From: Candidatus Latescibacterota bacterium
Lineage (GTDB): Bacteria; Latescibacterota; UBA2968
Assembly: GCA_965116885.1 (NCBI GenBank)
Contig: OZ220741.1
Coordinates: forward strand, 3,424,001 to 3,488,000
Length of the DNA: 64,000 bases
Reading direction: 5' to 3'
The stretch's first letter is position 1. Each line of letters opens with the position of its first letter. The notes under the pieces were generated by a model that was not told where the DNA came from, searched no databases, and saw only the letters and a list, made by a program, of their open reading frames with translations. The position numbers and the translations under genes were made by a program. Below, piece after piece: positions 9,480 to 20,298 of the stretch.

Positions 9480-11936
9480 TCAGTTGTTTTTGAAAGGGTC
9501 GCTCAAAACAACGAGGGTGATAAGATCGCGCAGGCCCTTATTTGTTTCCTGTACATCTTGCACTATTGTATCAATCGCTGGTCGATCAGTAATTCCCAAC
9601 TCGCGACCAATTGCGTAGGTCAGCAATTTTTCTGTCAGACAACGCGTGAATTCTGCGTGGCGCTTTGCCACTATCTTGCGAAATTCGACGAAGGATTGAA
9701 AGGTCTCGCCGCTCGGCAATTGTCCCGAAGGATCAATCGCTGCGCTTCTGGTATAGTGGGTTCGCCAACCGCCGATCGCATCAAAGTTTTCCAGCGCGAA
9801 ACCAGGGGGATCGATTTTGTTATGGCATTGGGCGCAGGTCGGCATCTCGCGGTGCTTGACCAGTTGATCTCTGATGGTCGTTGCGCCGCGCGTGTCTGGC
9901 TCAATCTCGGGCACATCGTCCGGCGGTGGCGGTGGTGTGTATCCCAGCAGATTTTCCAGCACGTAAATCCCGCGCACCACAGGCGACGTATCTACGCCAT
10001 TGGCCGAAGCCATGAGAAAACTGCCCTGGCCCAACAGACCACCGCGTGGTGTCCCTGTGAGCGGAACCCGGCGAAAATGATCGCCCTCAATATCTTCTAT
10101 TCCATAATGTCGGGCGAGTTCCCGATTGAGAAAGGAATAATCGGCAGAAAGAAATTCGCGGGGCGAGAGATTGTTGTCGAGTACGTGCCGAAAAAACGTC
10201 TCTGTTTCGGTCGCCATAGCAGGGCCGAGATTGTCGCGAAAATAGACTCTAAAATCGGGGGAGGGTGGCATCTCACCAATGTTGTCATAGTGGAGCCATA
10301 CGCGAATGAAATTTTTAACAAAGCGGTGCGACTTTGTATCTTGGAGCATGCGATGGATCTGCTTACTGAGCGTGGCCGGGGCGCTTAGTTTTTTCTGTTG
10401 AGCAAGTGATAGCAGTTCATCATCTGGCACAGAAGACCACAAAAAATAGGATAGCCGGGCAGCCAGAGAATAATCATCCAGAGCGCCTTCGCCTTCATGC
10501 AAAAACAGAAAAGCAGGCGAACTGAGAATGGCCTGAAAACCCAGTTGTAATGCGGTCAACGGCGCCATGCCATTGCGGAGTTTTTCATGTGCAAGCGATT
10601 CAAATGGTGCCAGTTCTCCGGGCCGCAAGGGCCTGCGAAAAGCGGCTGTGGCAAATGCACGCAAACGCTCAGAAATGCGCTTTTGATCCAGGTCCTCGGG
10701 TTTTAGGTCGCCATACATCAACTGATGTCCGCGTGGAGGCCAGTCTTTTTCTTGAGGTCCGCTAACCTGAATTTCCCAAACCCTCAGCTTGGGCCCGCGG
10801 TAAATTTTGAGCAGCGCGTGATTTCTTTTATTTCCCGCTTTCTGATCCACAAAGGGCAGGATTTCGGGTTTTGGATCTTTTGCCTTAGTAAGTTTGCGAA
10901 CCAGGGCTTTGGTTGCCAGCGTTCCATTGCGAAACCGAACCTCGGGCTCAAATCCTTTTTCCAGATAAACATCCCATTCAAACCACTGAGGCTCTTCACG
11001 GGTCAGTTCAACAGTTGCAAGCGTGTATTCACGAGTAATATTGCCCGTGCTCACTACACTGCCTTTGCGATCTACAGCCGCTAACTCCAGCACAAGCGGG
11101 TCGCCTGTGGGAAAATCGTTGAGTTCTCTGTCATAATGGTGATTGCGATCAATTGCTGCCGCCTGTACCCTTATGGTGTAGGTACCACTGACAGGGGCAC
11201 CACCATCCACCAGCGGATAAAAGCCAATATGACCACCCCGGTAGTGACGTCCAGTCAGATCATCGTATCCCGTATCTGACACAAACCGAAAGCGGTCCTC
11301 TCTAAAGACCTTGGGCAAGGAACTGGCCTGTTTGCCTTTAAAATAGAAAGGGGATTTCTGTACGTAAGTTTTGGCTTCGGGTCTGGCTTCAAAATGCGTG
11401 GCGCGTGTGATGGCTTCTTCTGCAACGCGCAAATAGTGATCGAGCAACATGCCCGACGTGACAAGCCCGGCAGCATTGTTATCAAAGCCCTTGATTTTCA
11501 CTTCGGGTGGAAAGTCCTCCGTTGGATCCCAGGCTTCCATATTCAGACCGAGTAAATCGCCGAGTGTTTGGCGGTATTCCCAGGCGTTGAGCCGTCTCAG
11601 GGGTGTGTGCTGTCCTTTGCCCGACAATCGCATACGCGCTTCAGCAATTGATGCTGTAATCACCTGAACAGTAGCGAGCGCCTCATCTTTACCCGGCTGC
11701 ATCTGGCGCTTTGGTGGCATCGACTGCAGGTTGAGCTGATCGACAATATCCTGCCAGAGTTCTAATTCTTTGAAGTTGGCTATTGTCTCGGAGAACTGAT
11801 CAAAGCGCCGGTCGGCTTTTTGTACGCTTGGACCGTGACATTTTACACAATATTGTGTGAGAAATGCCCTGGGTAGTTCTGCCCAGACAGAATGCGCGCA
11901 TAGCGTGAAGACAATGACCATCAAAATCCGTTTCAT
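9480..11936 (-). CDS. DUF1592/PSD-domain protein with N-terminal cytochrome c-like domain
   Basis: Signal peptide, CVKCH and CAQCH, LRRLN, RLSYFLWSS, TSPVVRG, GFALENFDAIG; ATG 11936 overlaps the upstream stop (ATGA). Confidence 0.88.
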   Translation of the reverse strand: MKRILMVIVFTLCAHSVWAELPRAFLTQYCVKCHGPSVQKADRRFDQFSETIANFKELELWQDIVDQLNLQSMPPKRQMQPGKDEALATVQVITASIAEARMRLSGKGQHTPLRRLNAWEYRQTLGDLLGLNMEAWDPTEDFPPEVKIKGFDNNAAGLVTSGMLLDHYLRVAEEAITRATHFEARPEAKTYVQKSPFYFKGKQASSLPKVFREDRFRFVSDTGYDDLTGRHYRGGHIGFYPLVDGGAPVSGTYTIRVQAAAIDRNHHYDRELNDFPTGDPLVLELAAVDRKGSVVSTGNITREYTLATVELTREEPQWFEWDVYLEKGFEPEVRFRNGTLATKALVRKLTKAKDPKPEILPFVDQKAGNKRNHALLKIYRGPKLRVWEIQVSGPQEKDWPPRGHQLMYGDLKPEDLDQKRISERLRAFATAAFRRPLRPGELAPFESLAHEKLRNGMAPLTALQLGFQAILSSPAFLFLHEGEGALDDYSLAARLSYFLWSSVPDDELLSLAQQKKLSAPATLSKQIHRMLQDTKSHRFVKNFIRVWLHYDNIGEMPPSPDFRVYFRDNLGPAMATETETFFRHVLDNNLSPREFLSADYSFLNRELARHYGIEDIEGDHFRRVPLTGTPRGGLLGQGSFLMASANGVDTSPVVRGIYVLENLLGYTPPPPPDDVPEIEPDTRGATTIRDQLVKHREMPTCAQCHNKIDPPGFALENFDAIGGWRTHYTRSAAIDPSGQLPSGETFQSFVEFRKIVAKRHAEFTRCLTEKLLTYAIGRELGITDRPAIDTIVQDVQETNKGLRDLITLVVLSDPFKNN

Positions 11937-13186
11937 GCTATCTCCATCGCAGAAAAGGTCCCTGTGCTTTTGCCAAAGTTCTCTCGCTCTACACCAAACC
12001 ACTGCAAGACGGAAAGCCAGAGGTTTGACAGTGGAATCCGCTTGTGTGCCTCAGCAGGACACACGAGATGCCCCTGATGTTTCAAACCGCCCCCAGCGAG
12101 AATCACAGGCAAATTCCTATTGGAATGCCTTGAGCCATCGCCCATGCCACTTCCCAGAACGACCAGCGTGTCGTCAAACACATTTGCTTCTTTGAGGCGA
12201 TCCAGAAACCGACCAAACTGAGTCAACAAGTATTTTTCCACAATCTGCAGGTCTTTCAATCGCCCCTCGTCCTTGCCGTGATGCGAAAGGCCGTGATATC
12301 CTCCGAGGTTGAGTTCGGATGTCTTAAAGCCCATGGGGATTTCAAAGGTCACAACCCGTGTCGAGTCTGTCTGTAATGCCAGTGTTAGCAGGTCATAAAA
12401 AAGCGGCATTTCCTCAATTTGCATCCTTTCGAGGTCTTCCACAGGTTCAATTGGGGATTCTGGCTTGGGTTTGTCGAGCCATTCGCGCGACATTTGCAGG
12501 CGACGCTCGACGTCGCGTACCGAAGTCAGATATTGATCGAGCTTTCCGCGATCTGACGCATTTAACTGACCATCGAGTGTCTTTGCCGACGCGAGTAAGG
12601 CGTCGAGCACACTGCCCCGATTTGATAACGTGCGACGCTCTGCGCTTCGCATAGCTTCATCATTTTGCACAAATAAAGCCTGAAAAATGCGGGCGGGATT
12701 GTTAATCGGTGCCACGTTTACGCCCGACCGCGTCCAGACCATGTCTGTACCTCTGCCCAGCCCTGCAGTAATTGAGGGAAAGCGCGTTGTGCTGCCCACA
12801 TGCTCAGCCGCGACCTGATCCAGCGTCATATTCTTTTCGGGGAAGCCTGCGGCTTCTTCCTTGCGTATGCTGCTCAGAAAAACATGTACGCCGGAGTGCC
12901 CACCGCCCGTACCGTGATCGAGATTTGAAAAGATAGTAAAATCATTTCGATGTGAATCGATATACTTCAGCGTCAGGCTCGTCTCATAGTCCTTGCCGGA
13001 CTGCTCGGGAAAAAGTCCGCCCGGCCAAAATCCCAGATGATTGCCCACGAAGACCAGACGCCTCGGATTTGCCGCTCCGTACACCATGCTGCTTTCTAAG
13101 AAAGGCAAAGATAGTGCTACGCCTGCACCCTTTAAGAAGTGTCGGCGATTAACCTGCGCTTGCAAAAGTTCAGAAATGACGTTCAT
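11933..13186 (-). CDS. DUF1552 (HXXSHH) family protein
   Basis: Tat-like RRHFLK, YHGLSHH, LDQYLTSVRDVERR, NLPVILAGG. Confidence 0.9.
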   Translation of the reverse strand: MNVISELLQAQVNRRHFLKGAGVALSLPFLESSMVYGAANPRRLVFVGNHLGFWPGGLFPEQSGKDYETSLTLKYIDSHRNDFTIFSNLDHGTGGGHSGVHVFLSSIRKEEAAGFPEKNMTLDQVAAEHVGSTTRFPSITAGLGRGTDMVWTRSGVNVAPINNPARIFQALFVQNDEAMRSAERRTLSNRGSVLDALLASAKTLDGQLNASDRGKLDQYLTSVRDVERRLQMSREWLDKPKPESPIEPVEDLERMQIEEMPLFYDLLTLALQTDSTRVVTFEIPMGFKTSELNLGGYHGLSHHGKDEGRLKDLQIVEKYLLTQFGRFLDRLKEANVFDDTLVVLGSGMGDGSRHSNRNLPVILAGGGLKHQGHLVCPAEAHKRIPLSNLWLSVLQWFGVERENFGKSTGTFSAMEIA

Positions 13187-13232
13187 GCCTTATCCTCTTC
13201 TATTAAGTTAAAATCTCCACGCCAAAATCTGT

Positions 13233-13265
13233 TCTAATATAGCAGGTAATCAAATCTTTTGTCAA
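13233..13265 (-). promoter_or_regulatory. Sigma70-type promoter for the DUF1552-DUF1592-sulfatase run
   Basis: TTGACA (13265-13260), 18-nt spacer, TGc-TATATT extended -10 (hexamer 13241-13236). Confidence 0.6.
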
Positions 13266-13305
13266 GCCGGCGATTGATGTCTTCGCCTTGCGCTTCACTT
13301 AGATA

Positions 13306-13338
13306 TTGACAAAATGCTCGGTTGATTCAAACTATATA
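13306..13338 (+). promoter_or_regulatory. Possible promoter of the fucosidase gene
   Basis: TTGACA at 13306-13311; AT-rich -10 candidates at 13328-13338 are imperfect. Confidence 0.4.
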
Positions 13339-13391
13339 GCCGAGATAAACTATTGAATATGTCGAACCAAACGCCCAAAAGGAGTAGAGAG

Positions 13392-14867
13392 ATGGCAGAT
13401 CAATATGAACCCAATTGGGAATCACTCACCAGTTATGAAATACCCGATTGGGTAAATGATTCTAAGTTTGGCATTTATGCACACTGGGGACCATACTCGG
13501 CAGCGGCATTTGGCAACGAGTGGTATGCACGCAATATGTATATCGAAGGTTCACCTGAGCACACGCATTTTGTGTCGCGATTTGGAGATCTTTCAAAGGC
13601 GGGATACAAAGAATGGATTCCACGGTTTACAGCAGAAAAATTCGATCCAGAGCAGTGGGCTGAAATTATTGCTGGCTCAGGTGCGCAGTACGCAGGTATT
13701 TCACTGGTTCATCACGATGGGTTTTTGCTGTGGGATTGCAAAGTGAATCGATGGAATGCTGCAAACATGGGGCCCAAACGCGATTTGTATGGTGATCTGG
13801 TTGCAGAACTCAGAAAAAAGGGCTTGCGCATTTCAGCCACGTTTCACCATATGCGCACGTTTAACTGGTATTTGCCAGGTAGCAGCACCTTAGGCGAAGC
13901 GCCTTCTGAATCGGAGATTGAGCAGGCAAAGAGTAAGGGATGGGATCTCTTTGATCCAGAGTATGCAGACTTGTACTGGAATGCTGTGACGGGTAAGTAC
14001 GAAGATTTTCTGGAAGAGTGGAAAAAGAAAATCATAGAAGTGTTTGACAACTATCAACCAGATCTCACCTGGTTTGATGGTGGACGTTTCCGTGAGGGGC
14101 CAGCACAAGATGCAGTTTGTACTGTGCTGGCACATTATTTTAACAAGAGCCTGGAATGGGGCAAAGGCGTTACTGTGCTGAATAAGCTGCCTACGAATGG
14201 GAAGTTTAATTTTCCACGAGAATTGGGTATGTTGACATTTGAGCAGGGCCGTGATCGTTTGCCGGGAATAGAGCGACCCTGGATTGATGACATCAATATC
14301 GCAGAACGTTCGTGGGGATATATTGAAGGACAAACGTATCGTTCTGCTGCATACATTTTAAAGAGCCTGATTGATGCCGTAAGCCGAGGTGGCGGTATTT
14401 TTCTTTCTCTTGCACCTATGGCAGATGGCACGATTCCCAATGAGCAGGTGAAGGTGTTGGGTGAGATCGGCGAATGGCTCAGTGTAAATAGCGAGGCGAT
14501 TCACGGTACGCGTCCATGGCGCATACAAACGGAGGGCAATGTCGAGCGAATATGGGAGCAGGGCAAGAGATGGCGGTATCATTTGTGCGATGAAACAGAT
14601 ATTCGATTTACCTGTACAAAAGATGCGCTCTATGCCATTGTAATGGGGTGCCCAAAGGACGACACATATCACATTGAAACACTCCGCCCGATCACTCGCA
14701 TTGGCGATGGCGATATTCGATCTGTTCGATTGCTTGGATGCGATCAGCCCTTGACCTGGAATCAGGATAACGATGGTTTGCACATCGATTTGCCCAACGA
14801 GAAACCAAATGATCAGGCGTATGCATTTAAGATTGAGATAGATGGTGAGATTGATTTAGAGATGTAA
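13392..14867 (+). CDS. Alpha-L-fucosidase, GH29
   Basis: KFGIYAHWG, HHDGF, WFDG nucleophile motif, EAIHGTRPW; RBS AAGGAG. Confidence 0.92.
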   Translation: MADQYEPNWESLTSYEIPDWVNDSKFGIYAHWGPYSAAAFGNEWYARNMYIEGSPEHTHFVSRFGDLSKAGYKEWIPRFTAEKFDPEQWAEIIAGSGAQYAGISLVHHDGFLLWDCKVNRWNAANMGPKRDLYGDLVAELRKKGLRISATFHHMRTFNWYLPGSSTLGEAPSESEIEQAKSKGWDLFDPEYADLYWNAVTGKYEDFLEEWKKKIIEVFDNYQPDLTWFDGGRFREGPAQDAVCTVLAHYFNKSLEWGKGVTVLNKLPTNGKFNFPRELGMLTFEQGRDRLPGIERPWIDDINIAERSWGYIEGQTYRSAAYILKSLIDAVSRGGGIFLSLAPMADGTIPNEQVKVLGEIGEWLSVNSEAIHGTRPWRIQTEGNVERIWEQGKRWRYHLCDETDIRFTCTKDALYAIVMGCPKDDTYHIETLRPITRIGDGDIRSVRLLGCDQPLTWNQDNDGLHIDLPNEKPNDQAYAFKIEIDGEIDLEM

Positions 14868-14884
14868 CATCATTGGATAGGGGG

Positions 14885-15883
14885 TCAGATTGTCGTTCTT
14901 CCCTGATACAGTAATGGATGTATGATCCCAATCGCGTCAATCTCAGACTGGAGATCGGCGGGGAGGGGACCACGCTCAATGGCGTCGATATTCGATTCGA
15001 TTTCATGCGGATTTTTGAAGCCAGTCACAATACATTTGAGACGCTGCTCAGGCAGTAGCCAGCGCAGGGTGAGTTCCGGCAACTCCAGGCCCGATGATGC
15101 CTGGATGTCCAGGTATTTGCAATACGCGCGGTGGAAGCCTTCATCCATCCATTCGGGAAGATGGTTACGCCAGTCTGACCTGGCAACGGCAAGCCAGCCC
15201 TTCATAAACATCGCACCACCAACCACTCCTACGCCCTCTTCTTCAGTAAGGGGAAGCAGAAAGCGAGCAGCGTTGCGATAAATCGGATTGTATTGGTGTG
15301 CGACCATCATTGAGTCCAATTCCGTGGCGCTGACCAGCCGAGCAAGGCGTCGTGCATCTTTACCAGTGATGCCGATGAAGCGTGCCTTGCCTTGTTTCTT
15401 TGCAATGCGAAGAAAGTCCAAACAAGGTGCCGCCGGAAAGTCATACTCTTCCTCGTCTATGATCAGCGGTCCTCCGTGGGATATGGCAATCTCTTTGGAC
15501 ACAGGATCATCTGACCACCACTTCCGCTGATCTGCCTCATGTAGCTGGATCAGATCCACATAGTCGGTCTGAAGCCTGCCCAGACTCTCTTCAAATTGTC
15601 GCATGAGAGAATTGACTGTGCGGTGTCCCCCCGGGTCTTCTACGCCCCCCACCTTGGTCGCCAAGAATACCTTTTCCCGGCGACCTCGCAATGCCTCACC
15701 TAACATACGCTCATCTTTGCCTTTGCCATAGGCGGCAGCCGTATCGAAGTAATTGATCCCCCGGTCAACTGCCAGGGCAATACATTCGTTTACTCCCTGT
15801 TGGCTCTGGCCAGACATAAAAGCTGTGCCCAGACCGAGTTCGCTGACATTCACTCCTGTATTTCCAAGTGCTCGACGCTTCAT
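14885..15883 (-). CDS. Aldo/keto reductase
   Basis: LGLGT, GINYFDTAAAYG, LATK, DYVDLIQLH. Confidence 0.9.
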   Translation of the reverse strand: MKRRALGNTGVNVSELGLGTAFMSGQSQQGVNECIALAVDRGINYFDTAAAYGKGKDERMLGEALRGRREKVFLATKVGGVEDPGGHRTVNSLMRQFEESLGRLQTDYVDLIQLHEADQRKWWSDDPVSKEIAISHGGPLIIDEEEYDFPAAPCLDFLRIAKKQGKARFIGITGKDARRLARLVSATELDSMMVAHQYNPIYRNAARFLLPLTEEEGVGVVGGAMFMKGWLAVARSDWRNHLPEWMDEGFHRAYCKYLDIQASSGLELPELTLRWLLPEQRLKCIVTGFKNPHEIESNIDAIERGPLPADLQSEIDAIGIIHPLLYQGRTTI

Positions 15884-15907
15884 ATGAATACCCTGCTCCT
15901 TTCGCCG

Positions 15908-16051
15908 TCATGTTGCTTTTCTCGCATACACGCCGGCAGGGGATATTTCGGCCATCTCTTCCGACGAGTACACGTCGAGATGGATGTCGCAGTCTGTCGT
16001 CTTCTTGAAAGCGTAGGTTCGGCGTAGAAGTGTAAAAATAGGTTCCGGCAA
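15908..16051 (-). pseudogene. Probable N-terminal stump of an alpha/beta-hydrolase (esterase)
   Basis: RBS GGAGAGG + TTG, MPEPIFTLLRRTYAFKKTTDCDIHLDVY resembles lipase/esterase N-termini; stops after 47 codons. Confidence 0.35.
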
Positions 16052-16090
16052 AGTTATCCTCTCCAATTTCTTCTGCGTTCTTTCGCGATC

Positions 16091-18535
16091 TCACTCCGTC
16101 TTTAACGTCTCTACAGGATCGGCCTGTACCGCTTTAAGTGTATGTAAAAAAACAGTAATCAACGCAATCACCAACGCCACAAAACCTGCCAAAGCAAATG
16201 TGCCCACACCCAAATCAACTCGATACGTAAATGAAGCAAGCCACGTTTGCGCCATATAAAAGCCAATAGGCCAGGCCACAAAATTCGCAATCAAAATTAG
16301 AACAATATACTCTTTGGTCAAAAGCGTCAAAAGGTGGTATGAACTTGCGCCCAAGACCTTCCGAATACCAATTTCTTTCGTGCGACGCGCAACCGAAAAA
16401 GATACCAACCCCAGCAAACCAAATGAGGCGATGAGTACTGCAAGCATCGAAAAAACAACCACCAATTTCTGCTGCCTCACTTCGCCTTGATACCAGAGGG
16501 CTATTTCCTCATCTACAAAGGTATATTGAAACGGATGATCAGGCAAAAATGTTGCCCACGCCTCTTCGAGAAAAGCAATGGTCTCAGGCAAGTTTTCCAG
16601 GTTAACACGCACATAAAGATGCTTGAGATTCCACAGTTCGGGCACAAATATAATAGGCTCAGTTTGATCGTGTAACGAACCAAAGTGGATGTCATCAACA
16701 ACACCCACAATAGGTCCTCTTTTATTGTAAAAAGGCCATTCTACTATTTTTCCAATAGGTTCTTTCCAGTTCATTTTTTTCACAAGAGATTTGGAAACGA
16801 TAAACTCCATTTCTTTATTTTCATCCCACTGGTCAATAAACGTAGGCGGGAACGTTCGGCCTTCAAGTATCGGAATATCCAATAACCTCAAAAACCGATC
16901 GTCAATGCCCATAAACCGAAGTTGCTGATCAGGTAGCGTGGTTTCAGGAAAACGAAAAGCCTGTCGGTTGCGGGCAGCAATAGTAAACCGGGACACACTT
17001 GCATCTAACACATTGGGGTGTTCGAGAAACCGTGTCTTCACCCGATCGTTTTGAAGTTTAAGCTCACCACCAAAATTTCCCCATTGGCTTGATTTATTTG
17101 CAATATTAAAAATCGGCAAACTGATGATTCCTTCACGACGATACCCCAGGTCTTTTTCTGCTATTAATTTCATTTGATCAGCAATGACAAGGGTCAAAGA
17201 AATGAAGACGATAGATACCGTAAATTGAAAAACAACCAATGTCTGACGAAAGAAACCGCTGCTCGCAGATGTCGTTTCACTTTTCAGTACAGAAATGGGC
17301 TTAAATGTTGATAGTACAAAAGCAGGATACAACCCTGAAAGCAACCCGATGAAGACAGCAGCAGAAAAGGATATGGCCAAAAATGCTGTATCAAAAGGAA
17401 TTTCCATTTGTACCTGAAGTAAATTACTGAAAGCGCCAAACAAAAAACGAGAAAAACAAAATGCCAGGAGCAAAGCAATCGTAGAGATCAGAATCGACTC
17501 AGTAAGAAATTGAGCAACAAGATTGTTTGGGTGTGCACCAACAACCTTTCGAACCCCTATTTCTTTTGCCCGAAGTGTCGCCCGCCCTGTCGAGAGATTG
17601 ACAAAATTAAAACAGGCAATGACCAATAAAAAGCTGCTGATCAACCCCGCAAAATACAAACGATTGATGTCTCCATAATCAAAAGTCAATCCACCGCCGG
17701 GGCGACGAATGTTGTACGTTTGGGACGAATAGAGATATATTTGATTAAAAGGCTGAAGATGATATGCGTTTCTCGCAGCAACCTCTTTATCCATATACTG
17801 CGTGAAAATACGCTGAATGTTTTTTTCAAAAGCTGCAATGTCAACACCTTCACGCGCGCGCAAAAATGTTTCTATAAAACAGTACCCTCTGGTACGCCAA
17901 TTTGCCCAATGATGATGAACCCGAGCAGCAGATGACTGCGTGGCCAGGAGATCAAATTGAATCGTGCTGTTGTTGGGTTTAAAAAATACACCACAAATAC
18001 GATAATCAGCACTCAAGCCTGTTTCTTCAATTCTAAGGGTTTGACCAATCGGATCACGATCTTCAAAGAGTTTCTCCGCCAATGTTTGAGAAATCACCAA
18101 AGAACCTGGCGAACGCACCAGGGTTGCTGCATCACTCCTCGCAAAAACATGTGGAAACGTATCCAATACGTTGTCATCAGCCAGACAAAAAATCTGAGAA
18201 AGGACTTTGTCTCCCGAACTCACGAAAACCTCTCGGCGCAACAATCGGGTGACATCCAATACTTCCGGGTATTCATTCCGCAAAACGCCTGCTAATGCAC
18301 CAGAAGTACGGGTCGTGTAAAGCAGTTGATTTTCGTTGCCCACCGTTGAGCGAATTACCCGATATAAATTTTCCGTATTTGGAAATTGTGTATTAAAACT
18401 GAGTTCCCAACGAATGTACATTGCTATGAGAATGACACACGTCATACCAATTGCAAGCCCCAAAACATTAATCGCCGCATGAAATCGCTGACGCAACGAA
18501 CTGCGAATTGCAATCGTCAAATAACTCTTAAACAT
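16091..18535 (-). CDS. ABC transporter permease, MacB/FtsX family (two repeats)
   Basis: MFKSYLTIAIR, INVLGLAIG, two KEIG(V/I)RKV motifs, DPVETLKTE. Confidence 0.92.
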   Translation of the reverse strand: MFKSYLTIAIRSSLRQRFHAAINVLGLAIGMTCVILIAMYIRWELSFNTQFPNTENLYRVIRSTVGNENQLLYTTRTSGALAGVLRNEYPEVLDVTRLLRREVFVSSGDKVLSQIFCLADDNVLDTFPHVFARSDAATLVRSPGSLVISQTLAEKLFEDRDPIGQTLRIEETGLSADYRICGVFFKPNNSTIQFDLLATQSSAARVHHHWANWRTRGYCFIETFLRAREGVDIAAFEKNIQRIFTQYMDKEVAARNAYHLQPFNQIYLYSSQTYNIRRPGGGLTFDYGDINRLYFAGLISSFLLVIACFNFVNLSTGRATLRAKEIGVRKVVGAHPNNLVAQFLTESILISTIALLLAFCFSRFLFGAFSNLLQVQMEIPFDTAFLAISFSAAVFIGLLSGLYPAFVLSTFKPISVLKSETTSASSGFFRQTLVVFQFTVSIVFISLTLVIADQMKLIAEKDLGYRREGIISLPIFNIANKSSQWGNFGGELKLQNDRVKTRFLEHPNVLDASVSRFTIAARNRQAFRFPETTLPDQQLRFMGIDDRFLRLLDIPILEGRTFPPTFIDQWDENKEMEFIVSKSLVKKMNWKEPIGKIVEWPFYNKRGPIVGVVDDIHFGSLHDQTEPIIFVPELWNLKHLYVRVNLENLPETIAFLEEAWATFLPDHPFQYTFVDEEIALWYQGEVRQQKLVVVFSMLAVLIASFGLLGLVSFSVARRTKEIGIRKVLGASSYHLLTLLTKEYIVLILIANFVAWPIGFYMAQTWLASFTYRVDLGVGTFALAGFVALVIALITVFLHTLKAVQADPVETLKTE

Positions 18536-18626
18536 AAGTCTATCCCCAATAATATTAGAAATCGTTCAATGAGCTATATCTATATTTGATCATTCTATAG
18601 AATTTCTTGTTTCATGACATTCCGAG

Positions 18627-19235
18627 TTATTGAAGAAGTCCCAGATGATCCAGCTTTTGCCGAAGGTTGTCGGCTCCAGTATAGGTGTGTCCAGCTATAC
18701 CCAATCTGGTCGCCGATGCCACATGCCCGGCATTGTCGTCTATGAACAGAGTCTGATCTGGAGATGCGTCCACGGTATCTAAGGCTGCGAAGTAGATGTT
18801 GGGATCGGGTTTTGCAAATCCGACCTCTGAGGAGTTGATGATGTAGTCGAAATCCTCGGCGATGCCCAATCGCCGAAGGTCTGAGGGTAATCTCGATGTC
18901 GCATTGCTGATGAGGACTAACTTAGCCTTTTCCCGACAAGCCCGCAAAATCTCCAGGACTTCCGTATCGACTTCCCCTGGCGATGCGGACCAGAGTTCGA
19001 CCGCGCGCTCTGCGTTGGTGTTAGGGAAGTCCTTGCTGAGCAGGTCCGCAATTCTCCGGCGCCACTCACCGTCAGAGATTCGTCCTGTGATTACCAGGGG
19101 GAGCAAGTCATCTGAGAATGCAATCCCGAAGATGGCGCCTTCGGGAAGTCCGGTTGCGCGCTCAGCCTTCCGATGTATTTCAGGGGACCAGATACGAATT
19201 ACCCCATCGAGGTCTGTCAAGATTACGTTCGTCAT
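18627..19235 (-). CDS. HAD family hydrolase
   Basis: DLDGV, SN, KPDP, FIDD motifs; start placed at ATG 19235. Confidence 0.9.
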   Translation of the reverse strand: MTNVILTDLDGVIRIWSPEIHRKAERATGLPEGAIFGIAFSDDLLPLVITGRISDGEWRRRIADLLSKDFPNTNAERAVELWSASPGEVDTEVLEILRACREKAKLVLISNATSRLPSDLRRLGIAEDFDYIINSSEVGFAKPDPNIYFAALDTVDASPDQTLFIDDNAGHVASATRLGIAGHTYTGADNLRQKLDHLGLLQ

Positions 19236-19236
19236 T

Positions 19237-20298
19237 TCAATCAGGTTTGACCGCATTCTCCAAAATGGTAAATTTGCGCCGATCAGAGTCGATTTCTGCT
19301 TGAATCCCATACGGAAGAACGAACATCGGATCTGTGTGCCCGAAATCCATCTGCGTAATTATGGGGAGCGAAGTCAATCCTTCCTCGTCAGCGACTATCT
19401 GAAGTATGGCGTCGTCATAAGCGTGAAACGAATCAGGCGACAACTCGTGGCCACCTGGTCTTCCAAAGAGAATCCCACTCAAAGATGGAAGAATATCCAT
19501 CGCAGCAAGAGACCGAAAAAATCGGGTTACCGTACTTGGCGGCGGTGTTTCTTCAGACGTTTCGATAAAGAGTATCGCGCCTTCCCACACTTCCTTGTTA
19601 GGCCAAACGTCTGTACTTCTTATCCAGTCGAGAACTTCGAGGCAACCACCTATGAGGTGTCCTTCCGTTTGCCCTTCTCCCTGGAGATACTGCCAACCCG
19701 CAGAGCCTTGAAGGGTCCTCTTTCTTTTTTGATTTGCAGGATTTGCCCACTCAAGACGTTCGACGGTCCAGCCATCTCGATTCTCCGGTATTTCACCAAT
19801 ATTTCCAGAATCAAATAAGGTCCGTCTAACGGAGTTCACCATGTAGGGAAACAACCCACCGTTCTCGGCAAATCCTGCCATAATTGCTGGACCATAAAAG
19901 GAGACAATGCCCGCCTTTAGGCACGCAAAGTGGGAAACGGTCGTATCGGAATATCCCACGAAGGGCTTCGGATTCTTCCCGATAAGATCAAGGTCTAAGT
20001 GACGAAGAATTCTAATCGAGTCATCGCCGCCAATAGTCGATATAATTCCTTTGATTTCTGAGTTTGAAAAGGCTTCCATCAAGTCATCCGCACGCGCTTT
20101 TGGATTCTCAGAGAGCCATTTTGGCTCTTTGAGTGTATGAGGCATCTCAATCACGACCAGGCCAAATGCTTCTTCCAGTTGCTTTTTTCCAGCTTCATAT
20201 CGATGTGGAATTAGCCCCGGTCCACCCCATGACAGAGATACGGTGGCTACCTTATCTCCCTCTTGAAGCTTTGGTGGTTTAGTAAGCGATGGTTTCAT
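19237..20298 (-). CDS. S66 peptidase (LD-carboxypeptidase/MccF-like)
   Basis: IGGDDS, GYSD, ILFIETSE, DFGHTDP; ATG overlaps the upstream stop. Confidence 0.9.
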   Translation of the reverse strand: MKPSLTKPPKLQEGDKVATVSLSWGGPGLIPHRYEAGKKQLEEAFGLVVIEMPHTLKEPKWLSENPKARADDLMEAFSNSEIKGIISTIGGDDSIRILRHLDLDLIGKNPKPFVGYSDTTVSHFACLKAGIVSFYGPAIMAGFAENGGLFPYMVNSVRRTLFDSGNIGEIPENRDGWTVERLEWANPANQKRKRTLQGSAGWQYLQGEGQTEGHLIGGCLEVLDWIRSTDVWPNKEVWEGAILFIETSEETPPPSTVTRFFRSLAAMDILPSLSGILFGRPGGHELSPDSFHAYDDAILQIVADEEGLTSLPIITQMDFGHTDPMFVLPYGIQAEIDSDRRKFTILENAVKPD

